DNA of 64,000 nt. Source: Syncephalis fuscata S228 (taxonomy: Eukaryota > Fungi > Zoopagomycota). Shown here piece by piece: positions 1-15,092 of the stretch. The stretch spans positions 744,001 to 808,000 of the forward strand of contig JAHLTZ010000005.1 of assembly GCA_025786725.1 (NCBI GenBank), in the 5' to 3' direction. Each line of letters begins with the position of its first letter. Position 1 is the stretch's first letter. The notes beneath the pieces are model-generated. The model saw only the letters and a program-made list of their open reading frames with translations, ran no database searches and was not told where the DNA came from. Made by a program: the position numbers and the translations under genes.

Positions 1-3000
1 TAGTATGAGAAAAGACCGCTAGACACGTGCTGCCAACTCTACTGTGGTCAGAATAGTAGCAAGGACAATATAGCTAGTGGGTAGATAGTAATAGAAATAG
101 ATATAGATATGCCGAGAAACCCGTTGACACAAACATACATACATACAAAAACAAAAGGCGTTTCAAGTTAAAAGTAAGTAATAAGCGGAGTGAATACAGA
201 GAGAACAGAGTAAAATAAAGCTTTACCACAGAAAGGTCACCAAGACAACAGTACAAAAGATTTGTTGTTTTTGTTTTTGTTGTAGTTATTGTTATTGTAA
301 AGTGGATAGTAAAAGGTTTAAAAGCAACAAAGTGTAGTAATAGCTGGACAACTTTTGGCGCTCATCATAAGTGTGCGAGAATGAAAGATTGGTACGTGCT
401 ACGTGCGTATGCAAAACGTGGTCAGGTATAGAGAAAGACGTCGTAGACTAATGAATGTAGTGACAGTGGCGAAACAAAGAAAGATCTGGTAATAGCTAAA
501 GAAAGATAGCAAGGGGTGTTTAATGGCAAAAGTATGGATGATGAAAGAGAACCAAAAAATGCGCACTATTTCTTTCTTTTGTGTAGCGCGCAGATGATCG
601 ATAGTGGTCATCGGAGCCATAGGCGACAAAAGTAGCTTCTCTGCCTAAAAAGAGCAAAACCAGTCTAAACAATGGCTCATTTGGTGGTATCCTTTGCATG
701 GTGCAATTGATCCATGCAAAAGAAAAAAGTAAAGGCAAATAAACCTATTTGTAGTAGGCCTCGGATAGTCTAGACAATTTGTAACAATGCAGACTATCAT
801 GCAAAATGGACGACAAAATGTAATACGCATCACAATGACCATTGGTCTATAATAAAGTTTTTATGAGCTACTTACCGTCAATCTTTGTGCTCCAAGCAGT
901 TAATGAGATATGAATAAGGCAGCTGCCACTAGCAATGATGCGAATAGGTCGGTTAATCTAAGCGTGTGATGGTGTACAGATGAGAGTAGAAAACAATGCA
1001 GCCGCGTACACCTACGTGCATGCAAGCGCTAGATGTAGCCTATGTGCGCTGTTTTAAGAGAGAGAAGGCGAGAAAGAAAGCGAACAAACAAGTGAACGAC
1101 GAACGAAAAAACAGAAGGAAAGAGAGAGGGGGGAGGTCTAGGTAACCGAGAACTACCACAACAACAAACGAAGTGGTATTTATGAGTGAATTAGCAAATA
1201 AGCAGGGTATGCAAATAGCCAAGTGGCAGGTACAGCAAGCAAGGAGGTGAAATAGAAAGTGCAGCAAATGATGTTGAATAAAGCTTTGTTAATTGGAGTT
1301 GGTTGCGGTAATAAAAACGAAAAACGATTGAATCAAATCGTAGCAGCAGAGTAGCCAAGCACGGCGTCACACAAGCATGAAATACGTACACATGTCCATC
1401 TATAAATGCATGCACCAACAAGAGTAACATAATGGGCATTGCTTATCAGTTGTAATGATTGGTGTTTGGAAAGGCTCGGCGAAACGAGCTGATGGACGGA
1501 CCACGCACTACTTTGACACATGGTGCACGATCATGCAATGATGTCATAGAATGTACAATGGACTACTAGATAACAGATGACGACAGGCAGCTTTGCAATC
1601 TGGATAAGTAAAAGATAGTCTATGCCAACATTTTTAAGGGTGAACAGGTATAGTTTAATAAAAATGCAGATATAAAACAGCTAGACTGGCTGGCGAAAGA
1701 AACAGCGGCCGCAGTGGACAGTCAGGTGTAGGCTATCTTGCACTGCTGGCAGTTTCTATAATAGAACTGAAGCATGCTTGCTTGCTCGCATGATAAGCTG
1801 ATTTAGTGACAACATTCAAGTTAGTAGTATTCAGTAGCATGCGGATGATAAAGGAGATCAATAGTGGAGATACTGCATTGAGCAATTATGCAAGGAGATG
1901 CATTGCTGAATCAAGACCGAGCTACATTAGACGAAATAGAGCAGTACCGACAATAAATAACTTATATTAATTATAATTTACAAAAGCTTAATGATAGCTG
2001 TAGTTAAGTGGAGTTTTATTGGGCACAAATGATGTAATAGCGCCTCAATTGTTGAGGCAATAATTATAAACGATGCGACGATGGCGATGCATCTTTCGAT
2101 ATTACTAAGCAAATTACTTGAGAATGCATATTCATCTATAATTTGTAATGGTTGCTATTAAAAGAAATGACCCCGTTCAATGAAAAAATACATGGATTTC
2201 ATATGCGGTATTTCAATTCTTGTTCAATGACGACTAGCGACTAATGAAATTGATGCGCATAGACATCATTGGACTCTACATACAGCATATTAATCGTAAA
2301 ACAGCGCCAGTTATAGTAAGGATACCCATGTGCTGTGAGAAAATTTATACGCTTTCCCATGACAAACTTTAATGAAATATGATCGTGGGACAATACTTTG
2401 TTATTGTTGAAAAGCAATTTACGTAGTTTTATTTGATATTTACAATAATAAACTTATTATACTGCTACACAGCTCTACGTAATAAACGATGACACAAAGT
2501 CATGCTTTCTATCAATTACGACATGCAATATACATTTTGCGTGATGAAATACACAATAAAAATACCAACCAATCAGTTGATTATAACTCAGGCCTCTCAT
2601 TATAGGATAACAGTCATTCAAAGTTTTTTGGGATGTGCTCTTAGCCACCGGTATTTTTTTGCACCGCATTCGTTTCACGCACCTGATTTCGGTCAATGGA
2701 ACTGGACTGCTCGGCACACGCGCAAGCACACACAAACACACCTACCCAACACCGTTCAGGCTTCTTTGTTTTTTTTTCTTGATTGTTGTAACGTTTCACC
2801 AATGCAATAGGCGTATTGGGACTATTTCTCTCGTACATCACCTGAACTTACACAATCGTAGGCAGGCAACGACGATGGGTGAATAACCCGTGGACAAGCC
2901 GTGCTGACTATTTTCAAACCTGATTATAAAATGAAGAAAAATATTGCTTTTCTTTTGAATAACGAACTCAGCGCCTTCACCTTCGCCTCATATTCCCACC

Positions 3001-3420
3001 CATTGTAACTGAACCACTGTTCAAATCAATAACGGTATTTTTTATCTATACCATAGCTTAACGATTAAATTGTTTGCCCCCTAGTTATTACTGCTTTTTA
3101 CGAACGACATTTTTGAACTTTTTTAACGTCAATAGCTAGCAAACAAGTATTACTACGCCCACGTAAGTTAAACTGATCATTTCCGGTTTTATGTGCTATT
3201 TTAGTCCGCCATTTCATATCGGCTCTCATGAATACACTCCGCTTTTTTAGTACATAAATTCACGATTCGCATAACGTGCCCTCCACGTATTTGGCAATTG
3301 ACCGTTCCAACATTTTCCTCGATCCTACCTCCCTACTCCTTATTCTTGATCTACTCTTTTAACTAACTTATTCATATCTCTTCAGCCGTGCTGTACTAGC
3401 AAGTAATAGTCTATAACACC

Positions 3421-5005
3421 ATGGAGGAAATGACCGAAAAAGCCACGGCCAATATTTCGCTCGCCAATGACAGTAACGAACTTGTCGTCAAGAACGAACA
3501 GCCGCTTAAGCAGCAGAAACTTGATGAAGATCCTCCAGCGGACTGCGAAAAATTAATTGCAGGAACCGTTCCATGGTCTGCATGGTTCATTGTCGGTACG
3601 GAGCTATGCGAACGCTTCGCCTACTATGGTTCATCTCTTATTTTCCAAACGTATATGCTTGACGAACTGCACCTTCCTAAGAACAAGGCCACAGCCATCA
3701 ACCGTGGTTTTGTTTTTCTTGCCTATTTTACCACAGTTATTGGTGCTATCATTGCTGATGTAAAATTGGGTAAATTCCGTACTATTATTCTATTTCTCTC
3801 TTCTACACTGCCGGTCTTATCATTCTATCGGCATCGGCATCAGGATCCTCGCTCTCTGTTGGATTTGGCCTACCCGGTTTCATTATCGCTACCTATCTTT
3901 TCATTGCTAGCGGTACCGGTGGCATTAAATCAAATGTATCGTCGTTTGTTGCCGACCAAGTCAGGCCTGGATTCAAGCCCACCAGCACGCCAGGTATCTA
4001 CGTTGACTCACGTCTTACGCTCGAGGGTATTTTCCGCTACTTCTACTGGGCCATCAATGTCGGATCATTCCTTGGTATGCTTATCTGTCCCATCGTAGCT
4101 CGCAACAGCTACTCTTTGGCCTATGCAGTACCGGCCATTATGTTTGTGCTTGGTATTCTTCTGTTTATACTCGGACGCAACCGGTACTACAGCAAGCCTG
4201 CATCTCCAGACATTTTACTTAAAACTTACGGCTGCATCAAATACGCACTTACCCACCGTGAAGACAAATCGGTCGAGCATTGGCTACACCGTGCCAAGGT
4301 CCCGGGACAAGCCTGGGATGACAAATTTGTCAGCGATCTTGCCGAAACACTCAGCGCTTGCAAAGTATTTTTCTTCTACCCATTCTACTGGGCTCTCTAC
4401 GGTAACATGACTGATTGCTTCATCAGCCAGGGTGTTAGTATGGAACGTCCTAGCTGGCTGATGCACCACAACTTAACCTAATCAATGCCATTGTTATTAT
4501 CGTGGCAATTCCCGTTATGGACTCATTTATCTTCCCAGCGCTACGTCGTTGCGGCCTACGTCTCGGCCCTATTACCCGTATCACCATTGGCTTTGGCATT
4601 GTAACAGCTGGCTTTGTCTACGTCACTGTTTTACAGCACTTCCTTTACCAGACTGGTCCATACTATGACTTTACCACTGTGCCCAAAGACGTCGAAAAGC
4701 CATTCAACAATCTGTCCGTCTGGTGGCAAGTTCCTCCCTATATTGCCATTGGTATTTCCGAAATCTTCGCCTCGGCTACTGGGCTTGAATTTGCCTACAA
4801 GCGCGCCACCCCCGAACTCAAGTCGATTGTTATGTCGCTATTCCTTTTGACTAACTGCGGTGGCTCTTTGATTGGTTTGATCCTTGCTGAATGGTCTACC
4901 GATCCGTACTTTGTTACTATTTTCGGCATTGAAACCGCCGCAATGGCCGTGGTCACAGCCGTTTTCTACTGGTGCTTCCGACACTTGGATAATGTTGTTG
5001 TTTAG
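3421..5005 (+). CDS. PTR2: POT/PTR family proton-dependent oligopeptide transporter (2 apparent frameshifts)
   Basis: ExxERFxYYG motif (TELCERFAYYG), GAIIADVKLGKFRTI, WQVPPYIAIGISEIFASATGLEFAY. Spread over ORFs 3421, 4077 and 4502, joined by 1-nt shifts near 3790 and 4470. Confidence 0.93.
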
Positions 5006-5111
5006 TTTCTTATTATATAAAATTGGATTTACGAGTTAGTTATATTATTTGTCTTGTTTGTGTATATGTATATGCTTGTGTGTAAAATGAATCCTATTAC
5101 TTCTTAAATAT

Positions 5112-5865
5112 CATTCAATCTATTGAACATGGGGACGGGCGGTAAGTTTTATTAATCATCAAATCATCACATTTATTGTGATTTGGAGACAAATGGCTAA
5201 CATTTAATAACGTTCAATCTATTGAACATGATGATGGGTGGTGAATGACATCAAAGTTTAAACTACTTATCGTAGATTTATTATTCAACATGCATATATC
5301 CTTTATTTACCTATATAGTTACCATTATTTATTTAAAATAATATACATTATTTAATGGCATATTATACACATTTTATTGCTTATATATTGCAAGTACATA
5401 TAGTTTGATTAGTAAGATAAGCAAAAAATGAGTTTTATGAATAATAAAGTTAGAAACAAACTTACAGTGCCATTGAATAGTGCGTATTAATTAAACAATA
5501 AAAGAGCAAAAGAATATAAAGAATATGCAAAGTAAAGTGGCGATTAGCAGCATTGAAGCTAATGAGCATATATGCATAATCAATGAGCGACATTGGTCGA
5601 AATTCATAAATAATAGAGTATCTAGTATATCATAGAATGATATATAGTAGTATGTAATAGAATGGGAATGATATAAATAAATGGTGGATATATGCATACT
5701 GGATAATGAATCTACAACGATGAGTATTTGATGATTAATGTCACTCACCACCCATCATCATGTTCAATAGATTAGATGTTAGTCATTTAACCACCAAATC
5801 GCAATAAATGTAATAATGTGATGATTAAATAAAACTCATCACTTGTCCCATGTTCAATAGAACGA
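5112..5865. repeat. Imperfect inverted repeat pair (~140-bp arms, ~480-bp AT-rich spacer), MITE-like
   Basis: 5115-5255 (tctattgaacatgggg...tctattgaacatgatgatgggtggtgaatgacat) is an imperfect reverse complement of 5733-5862 (atgtcactcaccacccatcatcatgttcaatagatt...cccatgttcaatagaac). Confidence 0.7.
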
Positions 5866-6201
5866 AAATGTAGTCCAACTACGCGAATGTTATTAAAAAC
5901 AGCCATTTGACTACTAGGTGATAATAATATTAAATATACATAATATTCAATTTAGTAAATAAATAACAAAACCTATGTGCTTTTAAATCAAAAGTTAACA
6001 TATACCAATACAAGCTATTACTTGGTCATTTAAGCTATAATATTTAAGATTAAAGTCGTAATATAGCTATAATATCAAATATGATAATACAAATCAAAAA
6101 CAAGCATCAGTTGTCTTTATTTTTAGCTACATGCTATTGTTTTTATTTATTAAAATCAGTTATTATAAATTATAGGTATTATATGGTAGTTTATATTAAG
6201 T

Positions 6202-8063
6202 CTAAGGCTTTCGTGCCCAGTAAAAATGAAACTTGGCTGTAGCACGCTCAACGTTTACTTCATTTTTAGCCGATCGCGCTAATGCCATGAAAGGATCTTT
6301 GTTAGGATCGATGGGCGACGATGGTATTGTATCAAAGTCATCAGGTAATGCTGGTAACCGGGCCATGTTCCGCGCCCAGTATATTAACGTATCATTCGGA
6401 TCGATGTCGTGTGGAATGGCCAAAATTGCTTTGTAAACAGAAAAGTAGAGCATTTTCATAAAACGCCAAGTAAATTCACCACGAACTGACCCCCAAGATC
6501 CTATTGGAATTTCCACAGCGTGATGATGTATATCGGTAAATCCGGCCAATTGAAGTAGCTGGTCAAAATACGGGTCACCTTAATGTCTATTCCTTGAGCT
6601 AGTAAATTTTCTTTCATCCAGCCATTAAGTATTTTGCAACATCGGCCCAGGGGTGCAATATCGGGGTCAAGTTCAACGAGTTCTATGTATCCGCCTGGTC
6701 GCAGCATTCGGTAAGCATCGCTTATACGAAAGGCCCATACTTCAAGAGGCGTGTAGAAAGACATCATTCGTTGGTGGATATAATCAAAATAACCATCGCT
6801 ATAGGGAGTTCTAGTGATCGAGCAAACATTAGAAAAAGCTAAAGAGCAGTGGTAGATTTGAGTAACATACGTTTACAAAGATTAACTATATCTATTCGAC
6901 AGTTGGGTGACAGTGCCGATTTACTAGATTCGTCTAAAGAAAATCCCTCACATCCACGGATTTTACATGATGGAAACTGCTTTCCCATAGACTGCTCACG
7001 TCAGTATCTAGACCGTTGTACTTTTAATAAGCAATTACTTACTACAATCCAAGCGCCGTCTTTCGCGCCAATATCCAAAATTCTACGCGGTTTTGTAATG
7101 GGCGCTGCATAGTCTTTTCTTATGACATAACGCAATAATTGCTGCACTAAATGATCTCTAAATATACAAAATACGTCGTGTTATAATCATACGCATATGC
7201 TTGCTCGTTTGCAATTACCTTGATGCCAAATCTTTTCTCGATTCTAGAAATTCAACACACACGCCAGTTATGCATCTTGCACAGTAGCTCACGCTATCTG
7301 TTTGCTGACATGCTCGCCAACGTGGAAAAAATCGAGTTGTCGGTGATGTTCGTCGACTGACCGACATTTGTCGCTGCATTTGACTCTGCTGCTCGCCTGA
7401 TTTCTCCAAAATGTGCTTCCATGTCGTATAGAATGATATAAATGCTGTCGACGCGTCCTGGTTAAGCTTTATTCCACTCGCTTGTTTAATGGGCACGTGA
7501 ACATAGTACTGGGTCACTGCTGCGCCTGAATCAGGAGATGGGCTACACGGACTGCTGTTTGTTTGATGGTGCGTCTGTTCTGGCATTAAATAAAGAGCGG
7601 GCCCAGTTTTACTGCGCTTGAGCTTCTCTCTGTTTTTGGCCAAGCAACCGGCAACGGTTTTTTTCATCTTTGCCACATTGCTAGAATGTCCCGCATCACA
7701 TATTAGTCTTTGTTCATGAGCAATGCCTCGAGAAGAACCCGGAAGCCGCTGCATAAGCTCTTTGCCTGGCATCTGGCCGTTTCCAAACTCGTTATAACCA
7801 TATCTGTCTTCGTCGCCTTTGATTGACGCGGGCGCCGAAGCTGGCACGAGATCTATTTCCTCTAACGCCATTTTAGACAGGTACTGGTGAGGCGAAAGGT
7901 CTCGTTGCAAGTCGACCGTATTTGGAAGCAATGCACTAGCTGCCTGCGCTTTTGCTTTTTCATTGGTGTCGCCTTCGGCCTTATCCTGGCAATGAGGATA
8001 CTGTTGATGAGGATTGCCGGTCCCATAAGGTTCTTTCCCCAATTGGCTTGTAGTTACACCCAT
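6202..8063 (-). CDS. Class I SAM-dependent methyltransferase (LaeA-like/Methyltransf_25) with long disordered N-terminus; spliced
   Basis: ILDIGAKDGAW motif I (~7050-7085), YFDYIHQRMMS, RMLRPGGYIELVELD, C-terminal FHFYWARKP. N-terminal MGVTTS fits an MGxxxS myristoylation motif. Introns near 7160-7218 and ~7000-7040. Confidence 0.8.
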
Positions 8064-10145
8064 GTCTATAGATACATTTCACGCACACGATCAGGTGTTA
8101 GTAATAAAGGATAGGGCTTCACTAATTGAAATCAAGAAATAGGCAGATATTTTATTATGAAACTCGGCTGCTAGTTTATATCTAGTTGCATAGTTAGCAA
8201 CGAACACAAGCGTGGGATGAGCAAATGTTTCAGCCGATGCCGGACGAGTCTTGTTAAACTAAACGGGGCGAGTAAGTGTGCATATTTTTTGTCTTTTTGT
8301 CTGTCTCATGTTGCTAAAACATTCGCTTGCATGAAACCAGTTAACATGCTTTGAATACAATTGGTCGGTGGTTTACGACATGAATCAACTCCACATTCAG
8401 TAGCTGGGAGCAACCAATGAACTATAGTAGAATGTGCCGTAGCGAAAAGATAGCAGATACAACTAATATACAAACAACTCTGTAAATAAACAATTGCGCT
8501 TTAAATGATTTATAAAAATGTGTATTACACTAACAACTAAATGATAAGGCCATAGTTGCAAAATGCCATTAAACAAGGAATAATAGCTTTCCTTTGCCTG
8601 TTTGCTGTTGAAATAATCGACATAGTTTACATGGGGAAGTTTAGCCGCCTCGTGGCTTACGCATGTTCGTGGTGAACGATACTATAGTGCCAAATGTTAG
8701 TCATGCGGCTCTGGTTACTACGTGGCAATGCACTTACAAGGAAAGTAATATCTGAAGCTGATAGCCGGCGCTCCATCTATCGTCGAATCATGCTGCTGGT
8801 GGTTATGGGCCGGGATAGAGTCGCTTTTGTCCAAGGTGGAATGTGCAGTCTCTTTCGGTGCTGAGGTGTAAGGTTTGATGTTTAGTTTGGAGAGTAAATG
8901 TTGCTGAGCAACGGCTTGGATCGACGCGTCCATTATTAATACTACTACACTACTGCTATTGCTGATACAAATAGTAATAAAGCAAACTATTGGCGCAAAA
9001 GCACTAATTTTATGTAATGCGATGTACAACTAGGTCTATCGAGGCGTAGCGAGGAAGGATTGGAAGGAATGAACGCGAGCGATAGGGGGGCAGAGCAATG
9101 TTGGCCGGTTAAATGGACTTTCTTGGTTCTTGAGCATGCGCCGACGTATTTGTACAGACCATCCTGATGCGGCCAAAAGCATGATGTCCCGCAAGTATGA
9201 GAGCTTCCGTGTATCCAGCTGGCCTGAGCGATTCAATAAAGCCCATATTTAGTTACGTACATGCAGTGCAAAGAGTAAATCCAACAATTGAATACCAGCT
9301 GCAGCTGCAGCTTTGCACGCACATAGCCATAGCATGTGAACTCGACAATAGACACAATCACGCAAGTTGTCAGGCGCCATTTTGAATGTTGCCAAATACT
9401 GACGACGACAAGTTCAGCATGTCACCAGCTGTGGTAGAGCTACTTAAATGCTAGGATCCTGATATAGTAATCAGCTACCACATGTACTGATGTGGCACAT
9501 GTCTTCCCAGCAACATCCTTATTTGAACAGCTTGAAAGCACCCACAAACACACACACACCTCCACACGCACACATGCGCACATTATTAAATTATTGGTGT
9601 GTTAATTGCATTCACACAGCCACGTAAGACAAATATGCTACTTTTTACTGGTGTACCAAAATACACAACGATTAACACGACATGTTGGCGAAACTAAGTA
9701 GCACCATAATGCACTTTACAACAATCGTCATTATAATGGCCATTGTTACCGCCTCTGCTATATTAAAATTCAATAAAACTGCTTCTATACTTAGATCGCT
9801 TTGTACATATATGGGCGAATGGGCTTGATTTATATATATGTATGTATGTATAAAACATCCTGCTACATGCAACGCTGTAAAAAAGAAAAATAAACAGGTT
9901 TCTAGCTTACAGGAATGACGTTCAATGGTGGTGCACAACAAGGCCGTTGGTGCTACCGCTTCTCCTATGGCATTTTCGTTTCAAAAGACATAACTATAAT
10001 TCTATTGGGTTCTAGTATGGCCGTCCCATCTCGGCCGATATTGCCTGACCACGATTGACGCATCATCTTGAACATTGGCTAATAAATAAACGATGCCAGT
10101 GTTATACATCAGATAACTCCATTCTACTGTCTATCCGTTATAGCT

Positions 10146-11959
10146 ATGAAATTTCTAACATCAAAAGTATGGCTATCAAATATTCTGTTGTCGCTATTGG
10201 CGCCCGCCACCTATAGCGCCGACAGCAGCCCATCTTCTCTACGATTCTACTGTCGGTTACATTGGGAACGCGTACACATTCAGTTCCTTTATTGGAAATT
10301 GGAAAAGAGTTGCTGAAGCGCAACCATCAGATTTTCTACGCAGCAAACGATGACCAAATTAGCTGGGCCGCCCATGTACTGAGGTGAAAACCATTAGTTA
10401 TGGTAAAAACTTTTTAACCCGTCCTGAAGTGGCTGCCCGTGCTAAAGGAGTAATTTATGCCAGTGATAATGTCGAGTCGGCTGAAGTGCCAGGCGATCCC
10501 ACGGCACTCTTCTATCTCGACTATACCATCGAGTATCCGCTGCTCCGTAGAATCATCTCGGGCGAGTGGAGCGACGGCAAGCCTATGGATGTCGTACTGT
10601 GTGATTTAATGGCCATTGCGTGTATGGACGCCGCCTATAGCCTTGGTGTCCCCTACATTATCTCCAGCATGGGCATTGGATATCAAGGTAATGAGGATGC
10701 ACCAACAGACATTTCAATGCAAAAATACATTAACCTGTACAACTATGACGACTACTAGGTTATGGCCACCAGCCCTATTTACCAGTAGTGCCTGGTAGCT
10801 TTGGTGTTACGCTAGAACATGCATCATTCTGGCAACGTTTTAGTAATAGTATCATTCTACCCGCTATTATAAAGTGGAAGCAATACAAAAATTTATCGTT
10901 ACAACATCAAAAACAGGTGCAATTTGGCGTAGAGTCTTATTCCGGACTTACCAAGCGCTACGACGATGGACTAGTGATTATTTCAACTTTTCCTGGACTG
11001 GAGGCAGGTTAATGAACCATCTGGTATTATAGCAATTAACTAGCTAAAACTAGCCTCCTATTCCACTGGCTGCCCATATTAGTTACATTGGGCCAACACT
11101 TCCCAAAGAGTATCCACCAATGACGGATGAGGTCGAATTATTCCTAAAAAATCGCAGCCGTGTTGTATTTGTGGCTTTTGGCAGTATTATCGTTGTGCCA
11201 CCAGAACGATATGAAATGCTTGTCACTGCACTTGTGGCAGCTTATCGCGCCAATCTACTAGACGGTGTTATTTGGGGCATGATGAATACAAACGCTAAAG
11301 ACATGCCTAATGTTATTTATCGTGAAAATACCGGTACAGGTGTACATACGGAAGAACATCGCATAAAAGACATGCTTTCTGGAGAACATCCATTTATTTG
11401 TATTATAAATCGTGCGTCACAGCGTGCTTTATTAAAACACCCCTCGGTAAAACTATTTGTTTCTCATTGCGGTCTTTTATCCGTTCATGAGGCGATAGAT
11501 GCTAAGACGCCAATACTGGGCATTCCAGGATTTGGTGATCAGCCACAGCTAGCATTGCACGTTGAACATCTTGGTATAGGACGCCGAGTACTATGGCCAT
11601 CGGTTAACACGCCTGAAATGCAAAAGAAATTGCACGATTTATTAGGCAATGAACATGCTAGTGGACTACAGGAAAACTTGGAGAAAGTTGCTTGTATGGC
11701 CACGATTTATGGACGTCGTCTACCATTTGCGGCGGATCTCGTTGAACTAGCAGCCATTCCAGGTGCTATTAAATTGTTGCAATCAGCCGACCGAAGAATG
11801 CCGTGGTGGAAAGCTCAGAATATAGATGTATGGGCAATATTAACATTGCTTTTATTACTACTTTCTGCTGGCACTATCTACTCTGCTATTCGGCTAACAT
11901 GTCATTTTAAATTAATGACCCATCGTGTTGAAGTAATTAACAAAATTAAAGCAGCTTAA
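10146..11959 (+). CDS. UDP-glycosyltransferase (GT1/UGT), N-terminal signal peptide and C-terminal TM helix; 2 introns
   Basis: VVFVAFGS; UGT signature ASQRALLKHPSVKLFVSHCGLLSVHEAIDAKTPILGIPGFGDQ; C-terminal hydrophobic helix. ATG at 10146 (MKFLTSKVWL...). Confidence 0.9.
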
Positions 11960-12769
11960 TTGATGCAGCAAATACCACATTGCTATTGATTAATTAATAA
12001 TACGTATGCTTATTACTGTCGTTAAAGTCACTACTTTCCGAGTATGTAATAGTTAAAACAATAAAAAAACATTAAAATTAAATAAGGTAATGTGCAATTA
12101 AATATAAATTATATTTATTCAATCGCTAAAATAACTTGGTTTCTATACTAGGTATTTATTTATCATGATAATAATGGTAATAATAGCAATAAATAAAATA
12201 AATAACAGTTATACTAGCATTGTTACAATTAATTAATTACATGAATAAGCAGAGTTTCAAATTAAACTTGTGCATTTACTATACTTAAAATTCGCTTTCA
12301 TCACACATTTTATACTATTTAACTTTTATTAAACATCTGGAGCTATTTTACTTTTAGTCCCTATCCTTAAACTGAAGGATGAAAAAAATTATAGCTTAAA
12401 TAGTAAACCGTCGATTAGTTGTTGTACTGAAAAGCGTTATTTGTTGAAGCAGTGTTATATCAATTCCGATTGAATTAATCAGTGTCAATTAATCACCACT
12501 ATTTTTAATATCGAAATAAATAAATAGTATTTGATGCTACAATAAAATATAATAACTAAATAAATGTTAATCCATATTATTATTGCTGTAAAGTATTCAA
12601 AGCATTATAATTTGATATTTAATGTCACTCACCATCCAGTTACATGTTTAATAGAACAACAAATGTGTAGTTCAGTCAAGTAAAGAATGTCAATTTAGTC
12701 TTTTAACACTGAATTACATGAGTCTACTCATTATTTAATATAGGGAAGTTATTATAAACTGACTTTACA

Positions 12770-13510
12770 TCTTTTATTTACTCATTTCACCATTTTTCTT
12801 ATTACTATCTTATATTCTTTTTATATATTCTATTTAGTAATATATTATCCGATAATGCCAAATATAACAATATAAATAACATGTGTATTTGAACATCAAT
12901 AAAAACACTATTCAATTCCTAGTCCTTATTTCTCTTATTTTACACTAACATCTCTTCAAGTAACCTCAACGGCATGCCGTATATTCTGGTTACAACTGTC
13001 GCCCCAAGATCTTTCTGGTGAAGATACTCAACCTATCATTATTGAATAAGATAAAGGCCATCTGTTTCATCAATGTCGGCAAAGCATCTGCGTCTACAAG
13101 TTGATACCAAGAGTGCTTAAGACAATGGTGAACATCAGAAATGCTGATCGTCCTACCTTCTTGTCGCCATAAACGAGTATTTACATCGTAAATCTGCCAT
13201 AATACAATATTAGAAAATCAAAAAATAAAAGAGATCATTTAGACGCAAGAAACCACATTGTTGTAGTGACAGCAATAACAACAGCGGAACGACATGGAAT
13301 TGCGATCAATGGCTTTTATTAATATTCTATCAATTTTTCTACGCATAGCCAACAACAATGATTGGTCTCGTGAATTTCAAAGTAGTCAAATGGAAACATT
13401 ATGGCTATGTTTCTTGTACATAATAGTATTGATTTCAATTGAAGCCAATTTTGCTTTAAGATCCAAATTATGAGAGTCAAAGTAAAATTGAGAAATTTTG
13501 AAAGGCTAAA
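12770..13510. repeat. Dispersed repeat family, copy A
   Basis: High identity to 19650-20410 and 36890-37720 (e.g. gtaacctcaacggcatgccgtat...tctgcgtctacaagttgataccaaga...caatggtgaacatcagaaatgct). Confidence 0.9.
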
Positions 13511-15092
13511 CATGCCTGATAAAAAAAGTTAATTACAATAAATACAACAATGTTAATTTGAAGCTTTGTTTACATAATTCAATTAGTTATAGTAATATCA
13601 ACAGCAATTCCAACCGTGTTTTATTTGTCAAAAAGACTCCCAACAATATACTGGCGGCAAATGCAACTTAAAAAATATAATACAAGAATAGGTTCTGTAA
13701 GGATTATTATTAATAATATTGAACTAGTAGCTAATACTTAAATAAACGTTTATTGAAAAACAAAAACAAACTACTAATGAAGCAACTATCAAAATAAATA
13801 AAGTGTAATGCAAATAAAAACGATTTAATTAACAAATAGTTTTAAAATTTAAATTTAACCAACAAATAAAACTAGTTTGGCTTATTTAGAGTGTTTTATG
13901 TGTTAGATTTAACAATTAAACAATTCTGAATTACATGAAAGTACTATTGCTTTAAGTAACTTGAGTTAATTAGCTGGTGTATCAAACAAGAGTGAAGATA
14001 TGCAAAATAATGCCGTCAACATGGAATTTGTCATTGATAAACTAGAACAATCTACTCGTAACATTCATTTTTAAACATCGCAGTAGTCGCTCCAGTGTTC
14101 TAATTTAAAAAGTTGTGGAACATGGCGAAAGAAGCTTAAAAGGGTGCTGTGACGAATCATTTAAACCGCTTGATTTGTATTAAATCTTATGATATTTTTA
14201 TTAACTAAATAAAGATAACTTTTCCACAATATTAAGCACGCTATTGGTTGTTTGATGTGATTTGGCAGTTAAATAGCTATAATAGTCACACATTTAAACG
14301 GAGTATCCGCTTTATTGAAGATGAAACTGGCTGTTGAGTGTCATTGATCATTGAACTATTTACTTATCATTATTATTGTACTGTACATATCTATCCTTTA
14401 TACATATACTATATGTCCGTCTATATCATTAATATTGTAAATTGCAAAAACTATATTAATAAAAGCTAAAAGTTTATTGCTAACTGTATTCTTTTAGCAG
14501 ATTTTGATCCATTCCGTTCATTGCTCTTGGCTAATTGCATACAGTATAGTTTTGTTATTACTATTCACGTATTCGTTTTGTCTATTTATTTTGTTTTATA
14601 ATATCGTATGCTTTATTGCCATGTTTTATTAAAAAGCTTCTTTATTCTAATTTCAGCATAATATTGTTTGGCTATATGATAATGATAGCTTTGCTACTAT
14701 CCATACCAATCTATGCCTATAGCTTAGGCGATATAATTATACACATTTTGTTATTAATTTAACTATTTGATTGATAATTGTCATTATTGAATGCAAATAG
14801 AACATGATTAAAGATATAGTAAATTGATTGTATATAGCTAAGATGGAACCATAGTTTTATTACTATAAGCTTGCACAGTTGAATAGAAGCAACTAAATGC
14901 AAGCTTGTTAATAAAATAATGATTCCATTGATTAGAGACTGGATAAACCGGAGCATTGGCCAAAACTTGATATATGGATAGACAGGACGGCGTAGTTGTC
15001 AAATGATCTTGCTTTTCACCGAATATATACCTAAAGTGTATTGGAATAGTGGTTTGGTTGCACTATCAATGCTGATGTCTTGAAACCATCGA

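Noticed and set aside
1-3400. Short ORFs in the first 3.4 kb
   Set aside because: Low-complexity, compositionally biased translations with no motif or convincing splice model.
8718-9385. Short ORFs upstream of the methyltransferase
   Set aside because: Somewhat GC-richer, but no recognisable domain or consistent exon chain. Cannot be supported.
13319-14956. Small minus-strand ORFs (13319, 14759) and 17886-18457 ORFs
   Set aside because: Chance AT-rich ORFs in repeat, UTR or promoter sequence.
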